Shown here piece by piece: positions 1 through 9,389 of a DNA stretch of 64,000 nt (position 1 is the first letter of the stretch; each line of letters begins with the position of its first letter). A program made the translations under genes and the position numbers. The notes under the pieces are model-generated. The model was not told the origin of the DNA, did no database searches, and saw only the letters and a list, made by a program, of their open reading frames with translations. Location of the stretch: NCBI GenBank assembly GCA_903937035.1, contig CAIZXS010000001.1:3247-67246 (forward strand), in the 5' to 3' direction. The stretch comes from an uncultured bacterium (GTDB lineage Bacteria > Patescibacteriota > Minisyncoccia > Moranbacterales > UBA2206).

Positions 1-192
1 CTCACCACGCCTCAGCCGTGAAAGATCTTCTTGACTAAAATACAACTTAGAATCACGGGTAGTGAAATCTTTCACCTTTCCATATTTCTGAGAAAGTAAC
101 ACAGAAGAATTTTTATGCTTCAAAACAAATCTAGCCAAGGCATAGTCTAGCTCTACCGGTTTTTTTTGTATTTTTTGTATTCCATCTAGCAT
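1..192 (-). CDS. partial hypothetical protein; 5' end only, ATG at 192-190 overlaps the lgt stop (ATGCTAG)
   Basis: Minus-strand ATG at 192 runs open to the window edge (MLDGIQKIQKKPVELDYALARFVLKH...). The 4-nt start/stop overlap with lgt suggests translational coupling. No family recognised. Confidence 0.25.
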   Translation of the reverse strand, partial: MLDGIQKIQKKPVELDYALARFVLKHKNSSVLLSQKYGKVKDFTTRDSKLYFSQEDLSRLRRGE

Positions 193-1082
193 TGTTTTAT
201 TATAGCACATTTTCTTCTTTCGCAAAAAACAAGCACTAGCCCGCCAATTAGCATTGCAAGAGAAAATAACTGGCCTAGCGTAAAATAGCTCATAAAAAGA
301 CCTACCTGCTCATCCGGCTCACGAAAGAATTCCCCAATAAAACGCGCAACAGCATAACCTATGAGATATAATCCTAATAATTTTCCCTGTACTACTTTTT
401 TATTCCTAATTCTCCAAAAGAGCCAAAATAGTAAAAATCCTTCCAAAAAAGCTTCATATAACTGTGAAGGATGGCGCAAAACACCTAAGGCGTCACTCGG
501 GAAATACATCCCGATCCATATATCAGTGGCTCGACCATAAAGTTCTCCGTTGAGAAAATTTCCGATTCGACCAAACAGATAGCCAGCTGGAATTGCTGGC
601 ACGACAAAATCTGAAAGTGCCCAAAAATTTAATTTACGAAATCTCACAAAAAACAATACAGCCAAAAGTGCGCCAATCAGACCGCCATGATAACTCATGC
701 CATATATACCGATAAGCTCACCAGTAGCAGCGTCAAATGGAGAAATAATTGCCAGTGGATGCGCAAGATAAAAGGGCAAATTATAAAACAAAACGTAGCC
801 CAGCCTCCCGCCAATGACAACACCCAAAAAACAAACATACATGAAATCCAAAATAAAGCCTTTCTGTTTTTCAAGCTTATCCTTACCCTTTTTTTCAAAT
901 GTGTTTTCAAAGCTACTTCCGCCCTCATCCAATTGCAACCGCCTCTCCAGGAGCCTAAAAACAACAAAAAAGGCCACCAAATACATCACAGAATACCAGC
1001 CAACAGAAAAAAATCCAATATGAAAAATTTCCGGATTGATCTGCTCAGGAATGTGCTGATAAAATTTTAAAAAAGTATCCAT
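186..1082 (-). CDS. lgt: prolipoprotein diacylglyceryl transferase
   Basis: Multi-TM protein with Lgt signature regions (GGRLGYVLFYN, YGRATDIWIGMYFP, SQLYEAF). Track start 1097 is a TTG; the first ATG (MDTFLKF) is at 1082. Confidence 0.85.
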   Translation of the reverse strand: MDTFLKFYQHIPEQINPEIFHIGFFSVGWYSVMYLVAFFVVFRLLERRLQLDEGGSSFENTFEKKGKDKLEKQKGFILDFMYVCFLGVVIGGRLGYVLFYNLPFYLAHPLAIISPFDAATGELIGIYGMSYHGGLIGALLAVLFFVRFRKLNFWALSDFVVPAIPAGYLFGRIGNFLNGELYGRATDIWIGMYFPSDALGVLRHPSQLYEAFLEGFLLFWLFWRIRNKKVVQGKLLGLYLIGYAVARFIGEFFREPDEQVGLFMSYFTLGQLFSLAMLIGGLVLVFCERRKCAIIKQC

Positions 1083-1254
1083 CAAAAAAACGCACAATTT
1101 CTAATTACCAATTTCTAATGTCAAATCAAGTCCAAAAGTTAAATGACAAAAAATATTTTGAACTTTGACTTTTGTAATTGGTTGGAAATTTGGCATTTAG
1201 ATTTTGAAATTTACCTATCTACCGGCAAGCAGGAAAGCAAGGCCTAATTTAAAA

Positions 1255-1566
1255 TTATTTTTCTTTCTTAACCTCCCTCTCAACCTTCTTCTCCTCCTCT
1301 TTCTTCTCTTCTTTTTTTTCCAGCCGCATCAGATAAAAACTAGCCACCGCCACAACGAATGTAATCACTAATGCGTAAACTAGTTTAGCTTTTAGACTAT
1401 TTTGATCTTGAGGAAAGAAGTACTCGATGAAGGACTTAATAGAGTCATTCCACGCAAGTCCTGCCACAAGCCCAAGCGCTCCGACGATATATTTTACCGT
1501 TCGATTGCGCACTTCACTTCTCACTTTCGCCATTTCACTAATCAATTTTTCTTCAATTTCTTTCAT
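1255..1566 (-). CDS. small membrane protein with a K/E-rich C-terminal tail
   Basis: 103-aa ORF with one clear TM segment (VYALVITFVVAVASFYLM) and a low-complexity EKKEEKKEEEKK tail. Lies in the operon between lgt and the MurF-like gene. Confidence 0.4.
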   Translation of the reverse strand: MKEIEEKLISEMAKVRSEVRNRTVKYIVGALGLVAGLAWNDSIKSFIEYFFPQDQNSLKAKLVYALVITFVVAVASFYLMRLEKKEEKKEEEKKVEREVKKEK

Positions 1567-1572
1567 AAATTT

Positions 1573-2412
1573 TTATTTATTGATTATAGTGTCCACCGCC
1601 AGTGCTGCGGCGAGTGCAAATGCGTGATGCCTACCAAAACGTGGGACATCAAATGTTTCAGTCTTTTCTTTATGTCTTATTTCCACAACCTGTCCTACTC
1701 CCGTCCTTTCAATACCTACTATTCGCCAATCATCCTCTTTCTCGCAAGTTTCACCAAAATATTGCACTGGAGCGATGGCTTTTTTGGTTAACTCTTTTAC
1801 GCGTAAATTATCTCCATTTAAAATCACAGCGCCATTTTTTTTGGTTTTTTTTGCTAGATAAATATATTCTGCCACTAAGTCGTTCATACTAGGAAAAGAT
1901 TCCAAATATCTCTGAGTAATATCGGTCACAACTGAAATTTCTGGCGCAACGATTGAGAGCAAATAACGCATATCCCCTGCCGAAGAAACACCCAACTCAA
2001 GCACGAGATAGTCTGGATAGTTTTTTTGCCATATCGCGCGAAATGCTTTTCCAATCACAGGACGCCATTCGCGGTAAGATCCATATCCGCTTGATATATT
2101 AAGAATAGCCAAGGGAAGCCCGATTTCCGTGTTGAAATTGCGCGGATTAGCGCGAACACTTTTGCCCGCTTTTTCCAGAGCTCTGCGAATTTCATCACGC
2201 ACAAAAGTTTTATTCACACTTCCAGCAACTACAATAATTTTGGGACGATAAATCACTAAAACTAATTTGGCAATTAATTTTAGATAATACTTGAGAATGG
2301 GCTTGAAGATAAGTTTCATATATAATTTTATAATTTCAAATTTCAAACAAAATCCTAAATCAAAATAACAAAAAAATGACTTAACCAGAAATAGAAAAAT
2401 ATATTTTGACAT
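1573..2412 (-). CDS. truncated MurF-like Mur ligase paralogue (central domain only, hydrophobic N-terminus)
   Basis: Matches the Mur ligase middle domain: degenerate P-loop VVAGSVNKT, LVLELGVSSAGDM (Mg-binding Glu), RYLESFPS and VILNGDN. Ends at GRHHAFALAAALA, so it lacks the C-terminal domain. N-terminal 50 aa are hydrophobic rather than the canonical N-domain. Confidence 0.55.
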   Translation of the reverse strand: MSKYIFLFLVKSFFCYFDLGFCLKFEIIKLYMKLIFKPILKYYLKLIAKLVLVIYRPKIIVVAGSVNKTFVRDEIRRALEKAGKSVRANPRNFNTEIGLPLAILNISSGYGSYREWRPVIGKAFRAIWQKNYPDYLVLELGVSSAGDMRYLLSIVAPEISVVTDITQRYLESFPSMNDLVAEYIYLAKKTKKNGAVILNGDNLRVKELTKKAIAPVQYFGETCEKEDDWRIVGIERTGVGQVVEIRHKEKTETFDVPRFGRHHAFALAAALAVDTIINK

Positions 2413-2457
2413 TTGAATCTTGAGCTTGGTTTGACATTGGGAATTGGAAATTTGAAA

Positions 2458-3645
2458 TTATGTCCCGAATATTTTCTCCATCCGATCAAATGCCCGATTA
2501 ATATCTTTTTCACTTCTTCCAAAACTCATGCGAATATGGCCTTCTCCGCCCGGCCCAAATGCTACTCCTGGCACAGTTGCGACTTGCGCGCGCTCCAAAA
2601 TTCCAATGGCAAAACGCCAAGACAAACTATCTGGACAATCCTTCAGTTCACCAAAATCAAAATCATTTTTCAAAATTCTAGGAAAAACATAATAGGCGCT
2701 CGTTGGCTTCACATAACTGAAAACATGACTTAATTTATCCAGACGACAACAAATCAAATCGCGTCTTTTTTTGTACTCATGATTAAAAAATTCGATATCT
2801 TTGTCCCCCATCTCAAGAGCCCCCATCGCCGCGTATTGAGAAATAACTGGTGCGCAGGTCACCAATGAATCATGCACTTTCAGAATTTCTCTTGCAATAC
2901 TTTCATCCGCATGGAGATATGCCACGCGCCAACCAGTCATCGCGAACGACTTAGAAAAACTAAAAAGACGAATTACTCTTTTTCGCAGTTCTGGGAGTTG
3001 GGCAAGACTAAAAATTTTCTCACCGGAATCAAAAATAAAATCCTTATACACCTCATCGGAAATTAAATAGAGATTATGTTTTTCGGCAAGCTTGGCGAGG
3101 CCCATTAGTTGTTCCTTGGAATAAATCGTACCAGTTGGGTTATTGGGATTACAATAAAAAATCGCCTTAGTTTTTTCCGTGATCGCCGCTTCATATTTTT
3201 CCAACTCAAATGCCCAACCTTTTTCTTCGTCAAGCGACACGAACACCGGCTGACATCCTGCAAGCAAAATTACTTCGCGATATGAGGTATACGTCGGCTC
3301 AGGAATAATCACTTCATCACCCGGGTTCGTGATCGCAAACAGGGTCGCCGTGATCCCCTCGATTGAACCCGCCGTCACAATAATTTCTTTTTCAAAATCA
3401 TAAAACATTCCGTCTTCGGCCAGTTTTGTCTCAATCAGTTCTCGCAACTCAGAAAGCCCGGGCGACAGCGAATATTTCGCCACTACGCCGTTTTTCAAAG
3501 CCAGCTCCACTCGCCTCTTGATGCATTCCGGCGTATCAAAACTCGGCACGCCTTGCGCGAGCGATATCACATCGGGAAACCTTGAAGCCCTAAGTTCCAT
3601 TTGCTTGATCACAGAAAGTCGCAGATTTTTCGTTCGTTCAAACAT
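2458..3645 (-). CDS. PLP-dependent aminotransferase, class I/II
   Basis: Fold-type I aminotransferase motifs, with the PLP lysine in SFSKSFAMTGWRVAY; 395 aa. Embedded in the peptidoglycan gene cluster. Confidence 0.8.
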   Translation of the reverse strand: MFERTKNLRLSVIKQMELRASRFPDVISLAQGVPSFDTPECIKRRVELALKNGVVAKYSLSPGLSELRELIETKLAEDGMFYDFEKEIIVTAGSIEGITATLFAITNPGDEVIIPEPTYTSYREVILLAGCQPVFVSLDEEKGWAFELEKYEAAITEKTKAIFYCNPNNPTGTIYSKEQLMGLAKLAEKHNLYLISDEVYKDFIFDSGEKIFSLAQLPELRKRVIRLFSFSKSFAMTGWRVAYLHADESIAREILKVHDSLVTCAPVISQYAAMGALEMGDKDIEFFNHEYKKRRDLICCRLDKLSHVFSYVKPTSAYYVFPRILKNDFDFGELKDCPDSLSWRFAIGILERAQVATVPGVAFGPGGEGHIRMSFGRSEKDINRAFDRMEKIFGT

Positions 3646-3686
3646 AGAAAGTTATTTATCCGTATTATTATTAGCATTATTAGCTA

Positions 3687-3899
3687 TCATATACTCTCTT
3701 TTAATAAATTTAATGGCGCTAGCCAAATATTTTTTTCTACCGCCAGCCAATTTTGTCCTTGCTTGGAATCCCTTGGAGAATACGGATGCTTTTCAATAGT
3801 GCCCTTCGCCACAAAAATTATTTCTCCTTTTTTAATATTCGCTTTTGCAAAAAGGCCATTCCCGATATTGCCCGCTTTGGCAACATACACTTTTGACAT
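3687..3899 (-). CDS. small protein resembling the N-terminus of a SET domain (possible fragment)
   Basis: 70-aa ORF; GNGLFAKANIKKGEIIF resembles the SET-domain start (GrGlfAtrdIkkGEfI). Too short for a full SET domain. Confidence 0.3.
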   Translation of the reverse strand: MSKVYVAKAGNIGNGLFAKANIKKGEIIFVAKGTIEKHPYSPRDSKQGQNWLAVEKNIWLAPLNLLKESI

Positions 3900-3913
3900 A
3901 GTGTGGTATGAAA

Positions 3914-5089
3914 TTATTTCATTAACTTGCCCAACTTCAACTTCACCGAATTAGCAAAACTCATCATATCCGAATCAAAGGTATATTTAAATTTATTTTT
4001 TTCTCCGTGCCGCTCAACTGCAAAATCGATTAGTTTTTTCAAAAGTTCATTGAGCTCAAGGCCACTGGCTTTCCAGAGATGATGATAGACCGTGCCTGGC
4101 ATTGGATTAATCTCATTGGCATAGACTTTTTTTGCCACTTTGTCATAGAGAAAGTCCACTCGCGCAATGCCACTCGCTCCCACGCCTGAGTATATTTCCT
4201 TAGCCAACTCTTGCACATTTTTTGTCGTATCCGTATCCAGTCTTGCTGGAATCACCAAGCTATTCGTCGCATTGCCCAACTGCGCGCCGCCATCGACCAG
4301 ATATTTTTCCTTGAAATCAAACAGCTCACTTTCGAAAACTGATTCTTGAATGAGCGATGCCTCGAGCTCGTCATTACCGATAACACAACAAGTAATATCC
4401 ATCAAATTCTCCACTCCATCTTCCACCAAAACTTTCTCACCATAATGCAAGGCGACCTCAATTGCAAATTCCAACTCCTTGTCATCTTTCGCTTTGGAAA
4501 TTCCAATTGATGATCCGAGCTTCGGCGGTTTCACGAACAACGGATAGCGCAAAGTATTTTTGATGTTAGCAATAATTTCCGTTCGGTTCTTATCCCAATC
4601 CTTTTTGCTAAAAAACATAAAATTGGCCGTGGCAGTTCCCGTGCTCTTGTAATAGGTTTTGGTAAGAATTTTGTCATAGGCAATGGCCGAAGACGCGACG
4701 TCACAACCGACATATGGGAGATTGCAAAGCTCAAACATGCCCTGAATCGTGCCATCCTCACCATTGGATCCATGAAAAGCCGGAAAGGCTAAATCGATTT
4801 CAATTGATTTGGCCATAAGACCTTTCTTTTGAAAAACCATCTTCCCCTGAGATTTTTCCAGGTCTAGCGAGACTTTGGAAAACTCCAAAAGCTTCTTGTC
4901 TTTCTGGTGATCTTGAAAAAATTTTAACGTTCCCAGCTCCTGCGAAATATACCACTCGCCATTTTTTCCCAAGTATATCGGCACAACATTATGTTGCATT
5001 TTTTTCAACTCTGAGATGACGAGTTGTCCCGTGATAATCGAAACGTCATGCTCCGGACTTTTGCCTCCAAAAAATACTCCGATGTTCAT
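3914..5089 (-). CDS. ddl: D-alanine--D-alanine ligase
   Basis: N-terminal IGVFFGGKSPEHDVS and ATP-grasp motifs (EYEL-like ESELFDFKEKY, Ddl C-terminal region); 391 aa. Confidence 0.85.
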   Translation of the reverse strand: MNIGVFFGGKSPEHDVSIITGQLVISELKKMQHNVVPIYLGKNGEWYISQELGTLKFFQDHQKDKKLLEFSKVSLDLEKSQGKMVFQKKGLMAKSIEIDLAFPAFHGSNGEDGTIQGMFELCNLPYVGCDVASSAIAYDKILTKTYYKSTGTATANFMFFSKKDWDKNRTEIIANIKNTLRYPLFVKPPKLGSSIGISKAKDDKELEFAIEVALHYGEKVLVEDGVENLMDITCCVIGNDELEASLIQESVFESELFDFKEKYLVDGGAQLGNATNSLVIPARLDTDTTKNVQELAKEIYSGVGASGIARVDFLYDKVAKKVYANEINPMPGTVYHHLWKASGLELNELLKKLIDFAVERHGEKNKFKYTFDSDMMSFANSVKLKLGKLMK

Positions 5090-5164
5090 ATGATAAACTG
5101 TTAAATTGTTATATTGCTAAACACTTCCTTCTGAAATTTCATAACCTACACACCTACCTCTTAC

Positions 5165-5306
5165 TGTCATCCTGAGCGAAGTCCGTACTCGGATGCAGTC
5201 GAAGGATCTACTTTTGAATATTACTAGCTTTGCAGCTAAAGACCAGACCTTGGGTTGCGCAATGCAGATTCTTCGACTCCGCTCCGCTTCGCTCAGAATG
5301 ACAACC
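5165..5306. repeat. long imperfect inverted repeat / structured RNA candidate between ddl and murF
   Basis: GTCATCCTGAGCGAAG (5166-5181) pairs with CTTCGCTCAGAATGAC (5287-5302) with one mismatch. An inner helix CAGTCGAAGGATCT/AGATTCTTCGACTC gives an extended hairpin of about 140 nt. Confidence 0.35.
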
Positions 5307-5377
5307 TTAGTTTAAGCGTATAAATTCTTACCATACATTCGTATATTCGTATTTGATTCGTAATTAGTAGAGAGCTC

Positions 5378-6751
5378 CTAGATGTAATTATCCGGCAGAT
5401 CATTTTGAAAAATAATCGTGTCGCCGCTTTTCACAACATTCGAAAGATCAGCGTGTGCCTCTTGAGATGATGAGTAGACTCTATAATTCTTAAATCCTTT
5501 CTCTTCGAGTCCTTTAGTAATATAACCAGAATTAGGGCTTTTTATCAAGAGAATGAGATCTATCCCACTCTGGGCATAGAGCTGCCCAATTTTTTCATGA
5601 ACTTCCACGCTTTTCTCACCCAATTCAACGAGACCTGGCGTAAGCACGATTCTGCGACCAGCCGCTCGTTTCAAGACCTCCAATCCACTAGCGATACCGT
5701 CAAAATTACCATTATAGCTATCATCAATCACCCAAACTTTTGTCATTTCATTATAAATTGGTTCCAGGCGATGAGGCACATATTCAATCTTTCCCACTCC
5801 ATGCGAAATCTCAATCGTAGTCATGCCCAATTTTTGCGCCACACGGCTGGCCAGAAGAATTAGCGCTATATTATGCTGCGCCAGCAATTTTGTTCGAAAC
5901 ATTGCGCCCTCCAATTCAAATTCCAACCCAGAATAGTTGTCCAAAATTCTAACATTTTTCGCCTCACTTTTTGACGTGCCAATAAATTCCTTTAACTTAA
6001 AACGCGCATAATTTTTCAAAATATTCTCGTCATCAAAATTCAAGACCACTGTTTTTTTTGCCTCTTGCGGGAGCTCAAACTTCGCGGAAATGATATTTTC
6101 CAAACTACCAAATCTTTCCAAGTGCGATTCATTAATCCCCGTGAGAATGGCATAATCCGGTTCAACTAAATCGCAAAGTTTTTTGATTTCTCCTTTTTTA
6201 TACGCTCCCATTTCTACAATAAAAATTTCGTTTTCCAAAAACATTTTAGAATTTTTCAAAATAAAATCGGCAATCCCGATGTCCGTGTTTATGTTTTCCG
6301 ATAACTTTATCACTCGAAATTTTTCCGCTAAGATTGATGACAAAATCTCTCGCGTCGAGGTTTTCCCATAGCTCCCTGTTATCCCAATCACGGTGAGATT
6401 TTTCCTATTTTCCTGCAAAAACTTTTGCGCTTTTTTGAATAATCTATTTTTCAAAAAATAATCAATCGGCTCAATAATGCAAAGCGCAATGACAATGACT
6501 ATTGGAACAAGCGGGATTATGACCACTAAAGACAAAATTCCCCATGTGCCAAAAAGCCCTGCTGAAAACAAAAATATGGCGAGTAGCATCAGTGCCGTAA
6601 GCACATAAATCAGCCGAGCTTTTTTTGTCCAAATAAGTTTTGCTCTTTTTTCCAGTTTCCACCATTGAGAGTGCGAATAAGCAAATCGCAAAAATTTTCG
6701 GGCGTCATAGAGCTCCGCTTGGAGAATATAAATTAAGTTTCGAATAATCAT
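5378..6751 (-). CDS. murF: UDP-N-acetylmuramoyl-tripeptide--D-alanyl-D-alanine ligase (MurF) with an N-terminal transmembrane segment
   Basis: P-loop VIGITGSYGKTST plus MurF central and C-terminal domains (EMGAYKKGEI, HNIALIL...). The first ~100 aa contain two predicted TM helices instead of the canonical N-domain. Confidence 0.8.
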   Translation of the reverse strand: MIIRNLIYILQAELYDARKFLRFAYSHSQWWKLEKRAKLIWTKKARLIYVLTALMLLAIFLFSAGLFGTWGILSLVVIIPLVPIVIVIALCIIEPIDYFLKNRLFKKAQKFLQENRKNLTVIGITGSYGKTSTREILSSILAEKFRVIKLSENINTDIGIADFILKNSKMFLENEIFIVEMGAYKKGEIKKLCDLVEPDYAILTGINESHLERFGSLENIISAKFELPQEAKKTVVLNFDDENILKNYARFKLKEFIGTSKSEAKNVRILDNYSGLEFELEGAMFRTKLLAQHNIALILLASRVAQKLGMTTIEISHGVGKIEYVPHRLEPIYNEMTKVWVIDDSYNGNFDGIASGLEVLKRAAGRRIVLTPGLVELGEKSVEVHEKIGQLYAQSGIDLILLIKSPNSGYITKGLEEKGFKNYRVYSSSQEAHADLSNVVKSGDTIIFQNDLPDNYI

Positions 6752-7512
6752 CTTATTTCTTTTGAAAGAATTTCTCTAAACTTTTCCGGCTGATCAATGA
6801 ATGAAAAATGTCCCGCATCGGAAATCACAAACAACTTTGAATTGGCAATCTTTTCTCGCATCAACTCCCCTTGCCAAAGTGGCGTAATGGAATCTTTTTC
6901 GCCCCAGATAAGCGTTGTGGGGATAATAACTTTTTGCAAATCATCAGTTAGATCATCTCGGATAATTTTTTTGTAGCTCTCGATCATTTTTCCCGCTTCG
7001 ATATAATCTTTGGAATCAATTGCCGAGTAGAATTTTTTCCGAATTTTGTCACGAAAAATACTTAGCCCGGGCAGTAAAAAAAATACTTTGAAAATTTTCG
7101 CAATAACCTTATAGAAAAATATTCTTGGGCCTCTTTTTCTGATTCCTGCCGAGGCAATCAAAATCGCTTTTTCTGCCATCCCACCTTCCACTAGATATTT
7201 GATAATAATACTCCCACCGACAGAATGACCCACGAGGGTAGGATTTTTTATTTCAATTTTAGAGAGAAAACTATCTAAAAAAATCGCAAATTCCGACACA
7301 CCCCAAGGAGATAGTGGCAAATCACTCCCACCAAAACCCGGCAAATCCAGCGCAACAAAGTTTGGCAAATTTTCAAAAACGCTTTTGAGATGCGCAGCTC
7401 GTGAGCCCCAGCCATGCAAAAAAACAACGACTTCCTCTTTTTTTAGGTCTTCACTTTGGAAATAGTTGATATTTAAGCCATTGATAATTACCTGTTTTTC
7501 TCGCATAAACAC
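6748..7512 (-). CDS. alpha/beta hydrolase fold protein
   Basis: HGWGS oxyanion region and GHSVGG nucleophile elbow; 4-nt overlap with the murF start. Confidence 0.7.
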   Translation of the reverse strand: MFMREKQVIINGLNINYFQSEDLKKEEVVVFLHGWGSRAAHLKSVFENLPNFVALDLPGFGGSDLPLSPWGVSEFAIFLDSFLSKIEIKNPTLVGHSVGGSIIIKYLVEGGMAEKAILIASAGIRKRGPRIFFYKVIAKIFKVFFLLPGLSIFRDKIRKKFYSAIDSKDYIEAGKMIESYKKIIRDDLTDDLQKVIIPTTLIWGEKDSITPLWQGELMREKIANSKLFVISDAGHFSFIDQPEKFREILSKEIR

Positions 7513-7606
7513 ATTTTGCTCTTTTTACTATTCTACCACCTCCCAAAACTAAAATCCACCCCCTGCCTGGGAGTGGATTTTTGCCGTAACTGATCCAAAG
7601 AGAAAA

Positions 7607-8401
7607 CTACAGATTAATCGTGATTGTCACAGTTCCATCGGGAAAAGCCGCTTTCAAAGTTTGCAGAGCCGACTCCATCGTTCCGCGAAATTCCGTCCGC
7701 GCTTTTTCCATTGTTGCTTTTCGCGCTTGAATAAGCGGATCAACAGCTGTGCTCAATTTACTTTTTGTTCTTCTGTCACTTGCCATCTGTTGTTGCGCTG
7801 TTTTAACGCTAGCCCGAAATGTTGACATCGCAGCGGCCGAATCAGTACCACCAGCACAACTCGACTCAGCTGTCTTGAAAGCGGAAGCAATAGAATTTTT
7901 GAAAGTTGCCGTTACCGCTTCCGTTTCTGCTTTATTTTCTGTTATCGATTTTTGCATCCCGGCTAAGAAAGTTGTTCTTGCTCCGTCAACAGCTGATCTT
8001 TTTTTCGCCACTGCCTCTTGTTCGGCCTTGCTAAAAGCTTCTATGGCTGCTTTTTGAGCATCAGTTGTCGCCTTAGCCTTTAGGTTGTTGAGTGAATTAG
8101 CGAGAGCCGCATCGGCGTTTTTGCGAATATCCGTTAACCGTGTTGCATTGAGTTTTATCCGTTCCTGCCAGCGATTGGCACGTTCAGCTTTCTTGGCAGT
8201 AAAATTAGCTGAGCGCTCTGACATCTTTTTTGTCAGTTTGTCATAATAAGTCGAGATTCCAGTACAAAATTTTTCACTGGCTTTTTGCTTAGCTTCTTGA
8301 GGAGTTATATTTGTCGTCATTCCCTGCACTAAAATCGGCGTGACAAAAAAACCCAGCAAAAAAACCGTTCCACTAAGGAATACTTTTTTATTCATTGTCA
8401 T
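7607..8401 (-). CDS. secreted alpha-helical hypothetical protein
   Basis: N-terminal signal/TM segment (VFLSGTVFLLGFFVTPILVQG), then an Ala/Lys-rich helical region. Confidence 0.5.
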   Translation of the reverse strand: MTMNKKVFLSGTVFLLGFFVTPILVQGMTTNITPQEAKQKASEKFCTGISTYYDKLTKKMSERSANFTAKKAERANRWQERIKLNATRLTDIRKNADAALANSLNNLKAKATTDAQKAAIEAFSKAEQEAVAKKRSAVDGARTTFLAGMQKSITENKAETEAVTATFKNSIASAFKTAESSCAGGTDSAAAMSTFRASVKTAQQQMASDRRTKSKLSTAVDPLIQARKATMEKARTEFRGTMESALQTLKAAFPDGTVTITINL

Positions 8402-8711
8402 ATGAGCTTGTCAGATCAGCTGTTTCCTGATCGCTAGGCACGGCGTCCTTAGCGTCATTTTCCTCTTGGGAAAGCAACAAATCCTCTTCGTTAGTAGCGC
8501 TTGTTGTAGCGCTATTGCCATTTAAATTTGTGCCCGTACTACTACTTGCACTAGGCGTTTTTTCACCCGCCACTGGGACCTTCTCGGTAGGGGTTTTTCC
8601 GCCTGTCTGTGGCGCTTGATTTTTCTGCTCCGTCGAACCACAACCAGACAGAAACACCAAACCAAAAATCAGCACGCCAAAAGACAAGACTTTTTTTAGT
8701 TCTTTTCGCAT
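8388..8711 (-). CDS. lipoprotein, Ser/Thr-rich
   Basis: Lipobox FLSGC after a signal peptide, then low-complexity S/T/N-rich sequence. Confidence 0.5.
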   Translation of the reverse strand: MRKELKKVLSFGVLIFGLVFLSGCGSTEQKNQAPQTGGKTPTEKVPVAGEKTPSASSSTGTNLNGNSATTSATNEEDLLLSQEENDAKDAVPSDQETADLTSSYDNE

Positions 8712-8786
8712 AGTTATTTTGCAATTAAAAAATTAATTAAATCAATTAAACTAATTAGGGAAAATCGACCACTTCCCCTTTCTATT

Positions 8787-9362
8787 TTATTCGATGCAAC
8801 AATCAATCGCTTTTCTGACCAATTCTCGAAGCTTCCCCGTGAAACCACTTGGATTTTTATCGCTTTTATTCAGGGCCTTTTCTGGAATTTTTTTAATGCC
8901 TAAGTTTTTTTCTGCGTCAATTCCGCCCGCTTCTTTAATATCATTTGCTCCAATCAATTTCATGTTAAGCGCCCAAAACATCCCGTAGAGATCATAGGCC
9001 TTATGAAACAGTTCTTGCGCTTCTTCCTTCTTCCCCATTCCCTGCTGCTTTGTTCCCACTTCCATAAGCCTCATTGAGGCCGCTAACAAGTGCTTGGAAA
9101 TACACCAAACTTCGCCCTCATATTCTTTAATAATTTTTCGCAAAAGTTCACCACGCATCTTTCTCACTTCCTGCAAGAGATCAAAATATTCATTTTTTCC
9201 AGTTTTCTCAGCTGTAAAAAAGAAATGTTCTTCGATACTGATGAGATTCATGATCGCAATACTCAGGTCCTGATCCGATGACAAGTCCATCTTGTCTTGC
9301 TTTTTCATCTGATCAATCTTCTCCACGAATTCATTAAGACTTCTGATTTTGTTTTCTTCCAT
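8787..9362 (-). CDS. hypothetical protein
   Basis: 191-aa ORF with consistent coding bias and no recognisable domain. Confidence 0.45.
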   Translation of the reverse strand: MEENKIRSLNEFVEKIDQMKKQDKMDLSSDQDLSIAIMNLISIEEHFFFTAEKTGKNEYFDLLQEVRKMRGELLRKIIKEYEGEVWCISKHLLAASMRLMEVGTKQQGMGKKEEAQELFHKAYDLYGMFWALNMKLIGANDIKEAGGIDAEKNLGIKKIPEKALNKSDKNPSGFTGKLRELVRKAIDCCIE

Positions 9363-9389
9363 AATTATACTTTATATGTTAGATATTAG

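Noticed and set aside
687-1070. Plus-strand ORFs (687..1070, 814..1023) and the minus-strand 695..967 ORF lying inside lgt.
   Set aside because: Antisense or alternate-frame shadow ORFs inside a well-supported membrane protein gene; no domain signal.
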